A DNA stretch of 64,000 nt from Candidatus Latescibacterota bacterium (GTDB taxonomy: Bacteria; Latescibacterota; UBA2968; UBA8231), in assembly GCA_965206595.1 (NCBI GenBank), contig OZ242214.1:3136001-3200000 (forward strand), written 5' to 3'. The position numbers and the translations under genes are program-made. A model generated the notes under the pieces. The model saw nothing but the letters and a program-made list of their open reading frames with translations, ran no database searches and was not told the origin of the DNA. Of the stretch, positions 20,384 to 30,593 are shown piece by piece (the stretch's first letter is position 1; each line of letters opens with the position of its first letter).

Positions 20384-22258
20384 CTAGCGGCTTTGCGAAC
20401 CGCTCGGAGGTTCGCGGGGAACCGCTTCGCCGCTCCTCCGGGATACTCGCAGGCCCTTCAACTCCCTGACCTCGGGCTCAGCCCCCTGGCGAACGAAAAG
20501 CAGCTTGTTGGCGGGGACCGCCGCGACGGTCTGCTCGCTGCCGTCCGGCCACCTGACGGCGACCGACTCGACGGCCTCCAGGGTGCCGAGCCCGAAATGG
20601 GCGCGGATGTCGCTGGCCGACAGGTAGCTCCCGGAGCTGTCGACGACCCGCACCTGCATATGGCCCCCTGCCCGCACCCGGATCCCGGCGCCGGCGCCAT
20701 CGCGGTTGGACTTCGTCCCCTCGACCTCGACCACGAGGCAGTTCCCCTCCTCCCGGTCGTTGCGCAGCAAGGTGGGGGTGTCGTTGAGGTTGACCACCAG
20801 CACGTCGACGTCGCCGTCGTCGTCGTAGTCGCCGAAGCCGGCGCCGCGGCTGACCTTCTCGACCTTCAGCCCGGGACCGGCGGCGGCGCTGACGTCGGCG
20901 AACCCTTCGCTCCCGTCGTTGCGGAAGACCTGGTTTTGCTGGCGGTAGCTGGTACCGGTCGGGGCGTCGTCCACCTCGGGGAAGACGTGCCCGTTGGCGA
21001 CGAACAGGTCGAGGTCGCCGTCGTTGTCGAGGTCGGCGAACTGGGTGCCCCAGCCGAGGCGGGTCAGGGTCCCTGCTTCGAGATCGGCCTGCACCGTGAA
21101 GTCGGAGAAGCGGCCGCCCCCCTCGTTCCGGTAGAGGGTGTTGCTCTCGCGGAAGAAGTTGGTGACGTAGAGGTCGGGATCGCCGTCGCCGTCGAAGTCG
21201 CCGCTGTCTACCCCCATGCCCGCTTCCTCGTCGCCGTCGCCGCTGTAGGCGACCCCGGAAACCAGGCCCGATTCGGCGAAGGTCGCGTCGCCGCGGTTGC
21301 GGAACAGCAGGTTCGGTGTCTGGTCGTTGGCTACGTAGAGGTCGACGAGGCCGTCGCCGTCGAAATCCCCCGGCAGCACGCCGAGCCCGAAATGGATCGC
21401 CGAAGCCCCGACCCCGGAGCTTCCGGTGACGTCGGCGAAACGGCCGCCGCCGTCGTTGCGGTAGAGGACGTCGGCGGCCCCCTCCATGCCCAGGGGCCCG
21501 CAATAGGTCTTGATCCCGCCGACGTAGTCGCAGTCGACGCGCGGATTGTCGCGCAGGTCGAAGCGGACGTAGTTGGCGACGTAGAGATCGAGATCGCCGT
21601 CGTTGTCGTAGTCGAAGAAGGCGGCCCCGGCGCTGTACCCGTCTCCGGCGACCCCGGCCGCCGCGGTGACGTCGAAGAAGCTGCCGTCGCCGCGGTTCCC
21701 GTACAGGAGGTTGGCGCCGTAGTTGGTGACGTAGAGATCGCGGTCGCCGTCGTTGTCGATATCGCCGACCGCGCACCCGGCTCCCCACCCGGCGTCGTCG
21801 ACCCCGGCGGCCGCGGCGACGTCGGAGAAGCTGCCGTCGCCGTTGTTGCGGTAGAGGGAGTTCCCCGGACCGGAGCGCTCCTCGTAGGTCTCGAAGGTGG
21901 AGCCGTTGACGAGGTAGAGGTCGAGGTCGCCGTCGTTGTCGCTGTCGAAGAAACCGGCGCCGCTGCCGTGAGCCTCGAGGATGTACCTCTTCTCCATCCC
22001 TCCGAAGACGTTGAGGGCCGTGACCCCGGTGGCTTCCGCCTGGTCGCTGAAACGGATCTGCGGCGCGCAGACCGAGGGGGCGGCCAGGACGGCCAGCAGG
22101 TGCGCGCCCGTCAGGACGAGCCGCACCGGAGCCCGTCGGCTCGAAGGCCCTGGAAGGCAGGTCCGGGCATCGCCGCAGGAGCCCTGACGCCCCACCGCCC
22201 CGGACCCGGGATCCAACAAGCGGGAGCGGCCCGCTCCAGGTTTTTCATCCGGTCTCAT
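20384..22258 (-). CDS. CRTAC1-family FG-GAP repeat protein with ASPIC/UnbV domain
   Basis: Multiple D.DNDGDLDLYV.N repeats; C-terminal GSYLSASD...HFGLG...VRWPDG. True start may be further downstream. Confidence 0.88.
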   Translation of the reverse strand: MRPDEKPGAGRSRLLDPGSGAVGRQGSCGDARTCLPGPSSRRAPVRLVLTGAHLLAVLAAPSVCAPQIRFSDQAEATGVTALNVFGGMEKRYILEAHGSGAGFFDSDNDGDLDLYLVNGSTFETYEERSGPGNSLYRNNGDGSFSDVAAAAGVDDAGWGAGCAVGDIDNDGDRDLYVTNYGANLLYGNRGDGSFFDVTAAAGVAGDGYSAGAAFFDYDNDGDLDLYVANYVRFDLRDNPRVDCDYVGGIKTYCGPLGMEGAADVLYRNDGGGRFADVTGSSGVGASAIHFGLGVLPGDFDGDGLVDLYVANDQTPNLLFRNRGDATFAESGLVSGVAYSGDGDEEAGMGVDSGDFDGDGDPDLYVTNFFRESNTLYRNEGGGRFSDFTVQADLEAGTLTRLGWGTQFADLDNDGDLDLFVANGHVFPEVDDAPTGTSYRQQNQVFRNDGSEGFADVSAAAGPGLKVEKVSRGAGFGDYDDDGDVDVLVVNLNDTPTLLRNDREEGNCLVVEVEGTKSNRDGAGAGIRVRAGGHMQVRVVDSSGSYLSASDIRAHFGLGTLEAVESVAVRWPDGSEQTVAAVPANKLLFVRQGAEPEVRELKGLRVSRRSGEAVPREPPSGSQSR

Positions 22259-22316
22259 TAGTACCGTAATTCTAAACGATCGAGCTGTTCGTCACCCGGA
22301 GCCATACTCGGAAGAC

Positions 22317-23207
22317 ATGAGCGACGCGAGCAACGGAAGCGAAACCGGCGGCGGTTCCCCGTTCCCGGTCCTGACCCCGGCACAGCGGATGTATCTCGAG
22401 GTGAACGGGTACGTCGTCCTGAAGGAGTTCATCTCCCGGGAGCGGGTGCGGGAGCTGCTCGACACCATCTACCGGATGGAGGCGGAGTACCGCGCCACCG
22501 GCGACCTTCCCGGACCCGACTGCCACCTGTCGGCGACGGGCGAGGAGTACTTCCGCATCGACAACCTGCCCCACCTCGCCCCCTGCTTCTTCGACTACGT
22601 CACCGATCCCCGGATCGTCGCCGCGGCCGAGGAGATCACCGGCGGCACGGTGCGCCTCGAGCAGTCCGACGCCCACGTGCGCAGGCCGGGCGCCGCCAAC
22701 GAGAGCTACGGGTTCCACCGCAGCATCTCCAACGGCTACTCGCACGTCAGCGAGTCCGGGCTCTACCACTACTCGTTCGTCAAGGCCCTGACCAACCTGA
22801 CGGACCTCGGGCCGGACGACGGCGGCACCGCGGTGATCGCCGGCACCCACAAGGTGCCGCCCGAAGTCGGCAGGGAAGAAATGGTAGCCGCGGCCATGGA
22901 GGACCCGCGCCTCATCCACCAGGTCGAGGCTCCGGCCGGCTCGACCCTGCTCTTCTTCGAGTCGCTCATGCACTCCCACGGGATCATGGGCTCCGGCCGC
23001 AAGCGCGTGCTCGTTCTCGGCGGCTACACCCCGACGATGTTCCAGACCTGGCGCGGGTACGAGCCGAGCGCCGATTTTGTCGCCACCCTGTCGGATGAGC
23101 ACCGCGCCCTGCTCACCGGGGAAGCGCGCTACGGAGTGCCGCGAAAGGGGCGCGACCTCGGAACCCCGGCGCAGACCGCGCCTGCAAACGGAGGTAGCGG
23201 ATCGTGA
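22317..23207 (+). CDS. PhyH-family Fe(II)/2-oxoglutarate enzyme with atypical HxS motif
   Basis: NGYVVL, GFHRS, DDGGT.VIAGTHK, PAGS.L.F..SLMH...R. Confidence 0.8.
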   Translation: MSDASNGSETGGGSPFPVLTPAQRMYLEVNGYVVLKEFISRERVRELLDTIYRMEAEYRATGDLPGPDCHLSATGEEYFRIDNLPHLAPCFFDYVTDPRIVAAAEEITGGTVRLEQSDAHVRRPGAANESYGFHRSISNGYSHVSESGLYHYSFVKALTNLTDLGPDDGGTAVIAGTHKVPPEVGREEMVAAAMEDPRLIHQVEAPAGSTLLFFESLMHSHGIMGSGRKRVLVLGGYTPTMFQTWRGYEPSADFVATLSDEHRALLTGEARYGVPRKGRDLGTPAQTAPANGGSGS

Positions 23208-23989
23208 CCACGTCATTTGCAGACCACCTCGACGCCCGCTTCGAAGAGGAGGGCTACGTCCGCCTCGGACGCCTGCTTTGCGACGATGAGCTGTCGTCGC
23301 TGTGCCGGCGCAGCGACGACCTGATGCTCGGCAACGTCGTCATCGAGGGAATCGCCTTTCAGCTCGACCCGGAAAGCCCTGGCTACGGGGACCTGCCGGG
23401 GGGAACCGCCGGTCCCTCTCTGCGCACCCTCGACTACCGGCGCATCGACGAGCTCCACCTCGACTCGCTGTTCCTCGCCTACATGCAGCACCCCCTCTTC
23501 CGCGACCTCACCCGCCGCCGCATCGGCGAGAACGTCTCCGTGTTCCGCTCGATGTTCATGAACAAGCCCGCCAGCAGGGGGACGGAGCTGCCCTGGCACC
23601 AGGACGTCGGCAAGGGCTGGGGAATCGATTCCGACCCCACCACCACGGTCTGGACCGCTCTCGACGACGCCACCACGGCCTCGGGCTGCATGCAGATCGT
23701 GCCGGGCAGCCACAAGCTGGGGATCCTCAACGAGCGGCACTTCACTTCCGAGGAGGACCAGGCCGCCCACTGCAGCCCCGGCAAGTTCATCGATCTCGAG
23801 GTCGAGGCGGGCGAGGCGGTGCTGATCCACAACTGGATGCTGCATCGCTCCGGGGTCAACAGGACCGGCAGGCCGCGGCGCGCCTTCAGCATCGCCTACA
23901 TGGACGCCGCCACGAGAAGCCTCGACGGCGGCCGCTCCTTCCCGGTCATCTTCGGGGAAGGGGCCCTGAGGCCCCAGCAGGCTGCCTGA
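23204..23989 (+). CDS. PhyH-family dioxygenase
   Basis: PWHQD, GCMQIVPGSH, LHRSG.N...RRA. Confidence 0.9.
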   Translation: MTTSFADHLDARFEEEGYVRLGRLLCDDELSSLCRRSDDLMLGNVVIEGIAFQLDPESPGYGDLPGGTAGPSLRTLDYRRIDELHLDSLFLAYMQHPLFRDLTRRRIGENVSVFRSMFMNKPASRGTELPWHQDVGKGWGIDSDPTTTVWTALDDATTASGCMQIVPGSHKLGILNERHFTSEEDQAAHCSPGKFIDLEVEAGEAVLIHNWMLHRSGVNRTGRPRRAFSIAYMDAATRSLDGGRSFPVIFGEGALRPQQAA

Positions 23990-24135
23990 AGCCCGCGCTT
24001 CCGGACGAGCGCTGGCAACCCCGGGAGACGTGATCGAAAGGTATTCCCACAGAGGATCCGGTCGGTGTTGAACCGCGATCTTTCCCCTCGGGATCGGGGG
24101 ACCGCGGAAGCCGCGCGGAATTGCCCCCTCGGGCG

Positions 24136-25365
24136 CTATCCCAGGCGGCCGCTCTCCCAGGAAGCGAACCAGTTCTCCACCGTCATCGCCGCCGGCACTT
24201 CTTCGAACAGGTAGCGGGTCTCCCGTCCCTGGAAGCCGGGCAGGACGGTCTCCTCCTCTCCCTGCATGACCTCGTCGACCGGCTCGAACCGCTGCCACAG
24301 CAGGCTCGCCTCCTCCGGGGTGAAGCGCTCTCCCAGCGGCAGGCCCCACTGCAGGGTCATCGGGTGGACCATCCGCATGCGGGTCTTCTCGGTCTCGGTG
24401 AGTTCCTCCGGATCCCGGAAGCGCTGGTTGTAGATGTGGCGCGCCGTCTTGCTCAGGCAGATCGTCGACTTGACGATCCCCTTGTCGCCGCGGCCGGGAT
24501 GCAGCTTGTCGAGGGCGCCGCGGTAGGCTGCCTCGTCCCGGGCCATGACGGCGCGGAAAGCCGCCTCCGCGGAATCGATGTACTCCCGGGAGCGCCGGTG
24601 CCAGCGGGTGCAGGTCTCCTGCGCCGCCGGCGACAGGTACTCCATCCAGCGGATGTCGTCCCACTGCGTCAGGCGGGCGAAGCCGCCGTGGACGGTGCGG
24701 CGCATCTTCGTCGTGTAGTTGCTGCCCCAGTGCAGGATCGGCAGGATGTAGGCGACGCCGTCCCCGGCCTCGAGGTGGGTCTGAACCCCGCCGGGAACCG
24801 GGGCTCTCGGGTTGGCCGCCATCGACGCGTTCTCCTCCCCGGTGTTCGGGCGCACGTGGCTGCCCGGGACGACCCAGAGCACGTCGTCGTCGTAGAGGGG
24901 AATGTTCCACTGCACGTAGCGCGGGCCGTTCTCGAGGATGTCGTCGGCATAGGCCATCAGCGGCGCGTTCAGCGGCGGGTAGAAGTCGCGGTGCCAGGCA
25001 GCCGGCCCGCGCTCGGAGACCGGGTTGCACATCATCATCATCTCGGTGTTGGGGGCGTCCTCTTCGGCCAGCAGGTGGCTGCTCACGCCCTGGGTGTTCT
25101 CGTGCAGCCACAGCTCGATGGCAGGGGCGGTCTCCCGGTCGTGCTCCGCCCCCATGCCGTTGATGTGCAGGCGGGGCTGGCTGCCGGTCTCCCAGACGCC
25201 CCCGGGGGGGTCGTCCGGGCCGGTATTGCGCGCCCAGACCGCCCGCTGGCGCTCGACCAGGAGCTCGTGGCAGCGCCGCATTCTTTCCAGATCCCCCGGC
25301 GGAATCACCTGTCGCAGGATGACGAACCCCTGCTCGAGGAACTCGTCCCTGTTCGCTTTTATCAT
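24136..25365 (-). CDS. PhyH-family dioxygenase with C-terminal extension
   Basis: AWHRD, VVPGSH, ILHWGS..RRT. Start overlaps the upstream stop. Confidence 0.85.
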   Translation of the reverse strand: MIKANRDEFLEQGFVILRQVIPPGDLERMRRCHELLVERQRAVWARNTGPDDPPGGVWETGSQPRLHINGMGAEHDRETAPAIELWLHENTQGVSSHLLAEEDAPNTEMMMMCNPVSERGPAAWHRDFYPPLNAPLMAYADDILENGPRYVQWNIPLYDDDVLWVVPGSHVRPNTGEENASMAANPRAPVPGGVQTHLEAGDGVAYILPILHWGSNYTTKMRRTVHGGFARLTQWDDIRWMEYLSPAAQETCTRWHRRSREYIDSAEAAFRAVMARDEAAYRGALDKLHPGRGDKGIVKSTICLSKTARHIYNQRFRDPEELTETEKTRMRMVHPMTLQWGLPLGERFTPEEASLLWQRFEPVDEVMQGEEETVLPGFQGRETRYLFEEVPAAMTVENWFASWESGRLG

Positions 25366-26228
25366 GACTCCCCCATCGCGAGCATCCGCCTCGCCGAGGC
25401 GATGACCTGCTGCGCTATTTCTTCCGGCTCCTGCTTTTCCAGCTCGGCGTCGAAAGGCTCGACCGTCACCGGACCGTCGTAGCCGATCGCCTCGAGGCAG
25501 CGCACGAAGCCGGCCGCGTCGATGATTCCGGTGGCGCAGGGCAGCCGCCGCTCGAGGTCCATCTGCTGATCGCGGCCGCGGCCTTCGACGCCGTCGTTGA
25601 TGTGCACGAGAACGGTCTTCCGGTTGTCGAGGAGCCGGGGCAGCTCTTCCTCCGTGCTGCCGCTGGTGTACCAGTGGTAGCTGTCGAGCAGCACCCCGAC
25701 GTACTGCTCCCGCGCCGGCGCGATCGCCGCCGCGAGGTCGAGCATCGGCGGCAGGGCGTGGACGAACTCGTACTTCATCTCGTCCCGCAGCGTCTTCGGC
25801 CCGATGAACTCGAGGCCGAGACGGATGCCGTGGTCGGCCATCAGCCGCGCCATCGGGCCCAGGCGTTCTACGTGCAGTTCGAAGTTCGCTTCGTACTCGA
25901 GGTCGTCGCTGCAGGGCCGCGCCCCCGACACCCCGCGGTCGCAGCCGAGCCGGCGGGCCATCGGCAGCCACCGGCTCAGCTCATCCATCCGCTGCTCGTA
26001 GAGCGCCCGCTCTCCGGCGTAGTCCCAGGGCGCGCCGAAGCTGCCGAACTTCAGGCCCGCCGAGGCCATCGCCTCCTCGATCTGCTCCAGGGAGAGGGTC
26101 TCCCTGCCCTCGCCGATGCGGCTCAGCGGCAGATCGATCCCCGCGTACCCGTGGCGGGCCGCCAGCGGGATCAGGTCTCCCAGGGGCAGGTCGATACCGA
26201 CCGCGTCGGGATCCAGGTTGATATACAT
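25362..26228 (-). CDS. Sugar phosphate isomerase/epimerase (xylose-isomerase-like TIM barrel)
   Basis: LGLEF, LLDSYHW, VHINDG, GYDGPVTVEPF. Confidence 0.85.
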   Translation of the reverse strand: MYINLDPDAVGIDLPLGDLIPLAARHGYAGIDLPLSRIGEGRETLSLEQIEEAMASAGLKFGSFGAPWDYAGERALYEQRMDELSRWLPMARRLGCDRGVSGARPCSDDLEYEANFELHVERLGPMARLMADHGIRLGLEFIGPKTLRDEMKYEFVHALPPMLDLAAAIAPAREQYVGVLLDSYHWYTSGSTEEELPRLLDNRKTVLVHINDGVEGRGRDQQMDLERRLPCATGIIDAAGFVRCLEAIGYDGPVTVEPFDAELEKQEPEEIAQQVIASARRMLAMGES

Positions 26229-26423
26229 GTCCGCTTCCTTTCGACCCTCCGGGGGCGTCTACTGCCTGCTGCGGGCCGGTCTCTTGCGGCTACGCATCAA
26301 GCGGAAATCGGCCGGGCGGCCGCCCCGAGCCGGAAATCTGCTGCATTCCCCTTGCCGCGTCGATTGGGAGCGATTGCTCTTGTCCAGCTCGCCCGCAGGC
26401 CTTCGGGCCGGGCGTTTCGGCAC

Positions 26424-27416
26424 TTAGAACAGGTCCTCGAAGGCCACCGGCGGCGACCCGGAACCGGCCCTGATAAAAGAGATGAGGTCGAGGAGCTGCT
26501 GCACCGTGTAGCGGCTGGCGTAGGTATCCGGCATGGCGGAACGGGAGGTCTGCTGCTGGCTGAGGATCCGGTCCTTGCGGATGTTCCGGCGCACCGGCGG
26601 AAAGCCGGTGACGTCGAACAGCTTGACGCGGGTGCCGGTCTCCCCGAGGCGGAGGACTTCCAGGGTGTCCCCCGCGGTCGTCACCAGCTCGATGACGCGG
26701 CCGTCGGGAATAACGAAGAGGTCCGGGGTCAGGATCTCCCGCAGCAGCATCCGGGGCGGTGCCGAGGCCAGCAGTCCGAGCTCCGGGCCGACCGCGGTTC
26801 CCCTGCCGCCGATCGCGTGGCAGTGGGCGCAGCCGTGGTCGTCGCCGGAGTCGAAGAAGAGGGAGCGCCCCCTGCGGGGGTCCCCGACGAGGCCGGAAGT
26901 TCCGCCGGGGACCGGAGCCGGTTCGGTGGCCTTGCGTGCCCTGCGGACATCCGCCGCGGAGAATCTGCCGCCCCCGAACACCGGGTCCGGATCCCCGGGG
27001 GCCAGGTCCGCCAGCACCTGAATGAACGAGACGATGGAGGCGATCTCATCCTCGCTCAGCCGGTCCCCCCAGCTGCCCATGGTCGAGTTGGGGATGCCGT
27101 CCCTGATCACCCGGCCGAGGTAGTCGGGGGGCAGCTTCCTGCCGCGCAGCCGCGGCCCCCTGCCGGCGCGCCCCCCCTTGCCGTGGCAGTACCCGACCGA
27201 GCAGTTGCGGGCGAACAGCACCTGGCCCTGGAAGAGGACGGAATCGCGGTCAGTCGCGGAACCCGCTGCGAGATTGGAAGGCTCTTCGACCGTTCTTGGC
27301 GAACCCGCAGGGTTCGAAGCGGTCTCCCCGGCTACGGGCGCAGCAGCGAGAAATCCGCTGCAGACCAGAAGAACGGCGAGCATCCGGCGGCAGTGCACGG
27401 TCACGGCTCGGTCCAT
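26424..27416 (-). CDS. Periplasmic di-heme c-type cytochrome
   Basis: Signal peptide; CSVGYCH (CX4CH) and CAHCH motifs, each followed by GP.L and a distal Met. Confidence 0.8.
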   Translation of the reverse strand: MDRAVTVHCRRMLAVLLVCSGFLAAAPVAGETASNPAGSPRTVEEPSNLAAGSATDRDSVLFQGQVLFARNCSVGYCHGKGGRAGRGPRLRGRKLPPDYLGRVIRDGIPNSTMGSWGDRLSEDEIASIVSFIQVLADLAPGDPDPVFGGGRFSAADVRRARKATEPAPVPGGTSGLVGDPRRGRSLFFDSGDDHGCAHCHAIGGRGTAVGPELGLLASAPPRMLLREILTPDLFVIPDGRVIELVTTAGDTLEVLRLGETGTRVKLFDVTGFPPVRRNIRKDRILSQQQTSRSAMPDTYASRYTVQQLLDLISFIRAGSGSPPVAFEDLF

Positions 27417-27642
27417 CTCCGGATCGGCACCGCCCTTCCCTTGTTTTGGCGACCTGGAGCGTCGCCCTTAAAAGCTTCCTGGAGGTTGCGACCGGCTTTC
27501 CGCGGACTTGGCCCCTGGGCTGGCCGGCTCCTCTGCTTCTCCGCCCTCGGGCGCCCCGATCTTCGCCCGGCCCCCTTCAAGACGGTTTCCACCACGAGTT
27601 GCCGGAAACGCGGGAACGGGCGCCGCCCCGGTAGGCAGCCAC

Positions 27643-29322
27643 CTACTTCAGGGAGAAGACGAAGAGCGCCCCACCGCCGGGGAAGTCCTCCATCTCCGGC
27701 CAGATCTGCGGCAGCAGACCGCCGACCGCGGAGCCCCAGCCGGACGGCACGGCGATGTACTGGGTCCCGTCCACGGCGTAGGTGATCGGCGAGCCGCGGT
27801 GGCCGGAGCCGGTGTTGAAGCTCCACAGCACCTCGCCGCTCTCGGCGTCGAAGGCGAGGAACCGCCCCTCCGGGTCGCCGGTGAACACCAGGTTGCCCCC
27901 GGTGGCGAGCGAAGAGGCCAGCAGCGCGTACTTCGACCGGTAACTCCACTTCTTCTCCCCGGTGACCGGGTCGTAGGCGTCGAAGTGGCTGTACGGTTCC
28001 CCGTCCGGCGGGGGCTTCAGCTCCAACTCGGCGGCGATCCACTCGTCGCCCATCTCCACCTCCTGCTTCTCGGCGGTCACCTCCTGGCAGAACTCGAGGC
28101 CGGTCTGGTACAACAGCCCGGTCTTCGGGCTGTAGGCGGCGTGGTTCCAGCTCCTCCCCCCGCAGATGGAAGGGCAGAGGTAGACAGGTTCGTTCGGCGG
28201 CGGCTCGTTCCGTCCCTGCAACTCGCCGTTCGGCCCGACCCCGGTGATCCAGGTGATGTTGTCGGCGTGCGGCCAGGCGCCGATGAACTCGCCGTTGGTG
28301 CGGTCGAGGACGTAGGTGTAGCCCCCCTTGTTCGGGTTGATCAGCAGCTTGCGCATCTCCCCCTCCACCGGCAGGTCGACGAGAATCTGCTCGTACGCCG
28401 CGTCCCAGTCCCAGACGTCGTAGGGAATTTCCTGGAAGTGCCACTTCCGCTTCCCGGTATCCGGGTCGAGGGCGATCATGCAGTTGGTGTAGAGGTTCAG
28501 GCCGCGGCGGTCCTCGCCGTAGAAATCGGAGGAGGGGTTGCCGATGCCCCAGTAGAGCAGGTCGAGCTCCGGGTCGTAGGAGCCGGTCAGCCAGGTCGAG
28601 CCGCCCCCCAGCTTCCAGCTGTCCCCGAGCCAGGTTTCGTTCCCCTCCTCCCCTTCGCCCGGGATCGTGTAGAAGCGCCAGGCATGCCTGCCGGTCTCGG
28701 CGTCGTAGGCGTTGATGTACCCCCGGTGCGCGGAATCCCCCGCGGTCACCCCGACCACCACTTTGTCCTTCACCACCAGCGGCGCCCCGGTGATGTTGCA
28801 GCCGCACTCCTGCCAGTCCTCGATGGTGACGTCCCACACCAGCTCGCCGGTCTCGGCGTCGAGTGCTACCAGGTGGTTGTCTATGGTGCCCATGAAGACC
28901 AGTCCGTGGCCGAGGGCGACGCCGCGGTTCCAGGGGCCGTAGAGGAGTCCGAAGTCCTCCGGCTTGGGGTGGTAGTAGTGCCACAGCTCCTCGCCGGTGA
29001 CCGCGTCGATGGCGAACACCCGGTTCCAGGAGGAGGTGATGTACATGACCCCGTCGGCCACCAGCGGGGTACAGGAGAAGCCGCCGTCGACGACCCCGGT
29101 CTGAAACACCCAGGCCGCGGACAAGTCGGCGACGTTGTCGCGGTTGACCTGGTCGAGGGGGCTGTAGCGCCAGGCGTTGTAGGTACCGCCGTAGGTGAGC
29201 CAGTTCTCGGGTTCGCCGGCGGCGTTGACGAGGCGCTGGGCGTTGATTTCGCTCGCCTCCGGCGGCGCGGCTGCTATCAGCGCGAGGGCGGCGAGGGCGG
29301 CGGGGAGTCTTCCCGTTTTCAT
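27643..29322 (-). CDS. PQQ-dependent dehydrogenase (methanol/ethanol family)
   Basis: Signal peptide, WLTYGG.Y...RYSPL.Q, W-docking repeats A.DA.TG...W, WDWD, SPITY.VDG.QYIAV. Confidence 0.9.
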   Translation of the reverse strand: MKTGRLPAALAALALIAAAPPEASEINAQRLVNAAGEPENWLTYGGTYNAWRYSPLDQVNRDNVADLSAAWVFQTGVVDGGFSCTPLVADGVMYITSSWNRVFAIDAVTGEELWHYYHPKPEDFGLLYGPWNRGVALGHGLVFMGTIDNHLVALDAETGELVWDVTIEDWQECGCNITGAPLVVKDKVVVGVTAGDSAHRGYINAYDAETGRHAWRFYTIPGEGEEGNETWLGDSWKLGGGSTWLTGSYDPELDLLYWGIGNPSSDFYGEDRRGLNLYTNCMIALDPDTGKRKWHFQEIPYDVWDWDAAYEQILVDLPVEGEMRKLLINPNKGGYTYVLDRTNGEFIGAWPHADNITWITGVGPNGELQGRNEPPPNEPVYLCPSICGGRSWNHAAYSPKTGLLYQTGLEFCQEVTAEKQEVEMGDEWIAAELELKPPPDGEPYSHFDAYDPVTGEKKWSYRSKYALLASSLATGGNLVFTGDPEGRFLAFDAESGEVLWSFNTGSGHRGSPITYAVDGTQYIAVPSGWGSAVGGLLPQIWPEMEDFPGGGALFVFSLK

Positions 29323-29707
29323 GGCCTTGCTCCGTTTGCAGGGTGGTTGGCGGAACGGTCTCGACAAAAGCTGTTCGAGCGGGCCCTAACTAATCCCCTA
29401 TCGGATGGCGGCGCAATCGGGGCGCGGTGCTTCCCCGGAGATTCTCATTGCCCTCGCCCGCTCACGGTTTCCTGTTGCCGGCCTCCCCTTGGAATGCAAC
29501 TCCCCGGGGGCGCAACAGCCGTTGTCGGCGGCTGCATTCGGGGCGGCCCTGCCCCTGGTTCGCACCTGCCGCGCCTGCCGCAAGCAACCCCGTCCGGGTG
29601 AGGGCAGGTTCTGTTGACGGGGCCCGGACGCCCCCCTAAGCTACCGGCCGCAAGGTGATGAAAAGGCCCCGCCCCAGGCGCGGCGAACCAATTCGGGAGG
29701 ACTCGAA

Positions 29708-30466
29708 ATGGCAGTGGAACGAGACAGTGCAGCAGACGACGTGCAGCCCGGTCCGGTAACTGAAGCCCGGCGCCGCGGCCGCGGCCCCCTGATCTGGCTG
29801 GCCGGGGACCCGGAGGACCTGAAGGAGTGGATGCCCCTCGGCATCGCCGGCATCGTCACCAACACGGTTGTGCTCAACCAGATGGTCAAGAAGTACGGCC
29901 CGGTGATCGACGTCGTGAAGGCCTACCTCGACATCACCGACAAGCCGCTGGTGGTCGAAATCGACGGCCACAGCGTCGAGGAGCTGCTCGACGTCGGCCG
30001 CGTCTTCACCGCCATGTCGGACCAGATCATCCTCAAGATTCCCTGCACCGTGAACGGCCTCAAGGCGTTCGCCGCCTTCCGCGACGAAGGGGTGGAAACC
30101 TACTGCACCACCTGCTTCTCGCTGACCCAGGCCGCGGCCGTCGCCCAGGCCGGCGTCAACCACATCCTGCCGTTCTGCGACCCGGTGAAAGCGGTCGGAG
30201 GGGACCCCACCAAGCTCATCCGCGAGTGCGTGCGGATGTTCGGCGGCTGGGAGCAGCGCCCCTTCATCCAGGCCGCCCTGATCCGCTCGGTGGATACCGC
30301 GTACGCCGCCTTCCGCGACGGCTGCGACGAGCTGGTCACCATGTGGACGGTCTACCGCGACATGATGGAGCACCCCCTCACGGACCAGTGGAACCAGACC
30401 TTCATGGACGAGTGGGTCGACATGCACGAGAACGGCATGCTCGAGGGGCTGCCTGTGCGCCTGTAG
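29708..30466 (+). CDS. Transaldolase / fructose-6-phosphate aldolase family protein
   Basis: GIVTN, Schiff-base Lys in LKIPCT.NGL.A, FSLTQA..AQAG, HPLTD. Confidence 0.8.
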   Translation: MAVERDSAADDVQPGPVTEARRRGRGPLIWLAGDPEDLKEWMPLGIAGIVTNTVVLNQMVKKYGPVIDVVKAYLDITDKPLVVEIDGHSVEELLDVGRVFTAMSDQIILKIPCTVNGLKAFAAFRDEGVETYCTTCFSLTQAAAVAQAGVNHILPFCDPVKAVGGDPTKLIRECVRMFGGWEQRPFIQAALIRSVDTAYAAFRDGCDELVTMWTVYRDMMEHPLTDQWNQTFMDEWVDMHENGMLEGLPVRL

Positions 30467-30593
30467 CCGGATCCTGCACCGGGATAGCAGGGAGTTCCCA
30501 TGGAATGGCGCGATATCGCCAGGCTTATCGAGGCGGGTGAGGACGGGAAGACCGAATTCAAATGGTTGGCTGAAAGCTGAAGGGAGGCTATCG

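Noticed and set aside
19487-29601. Very long alternative-frame ORFs (924, 727, 697 aa and similar)
   Set aside because: Shadow ORFs of GC-rich genes; Arg/Pro/Gly-rich with no recognisable motifs.
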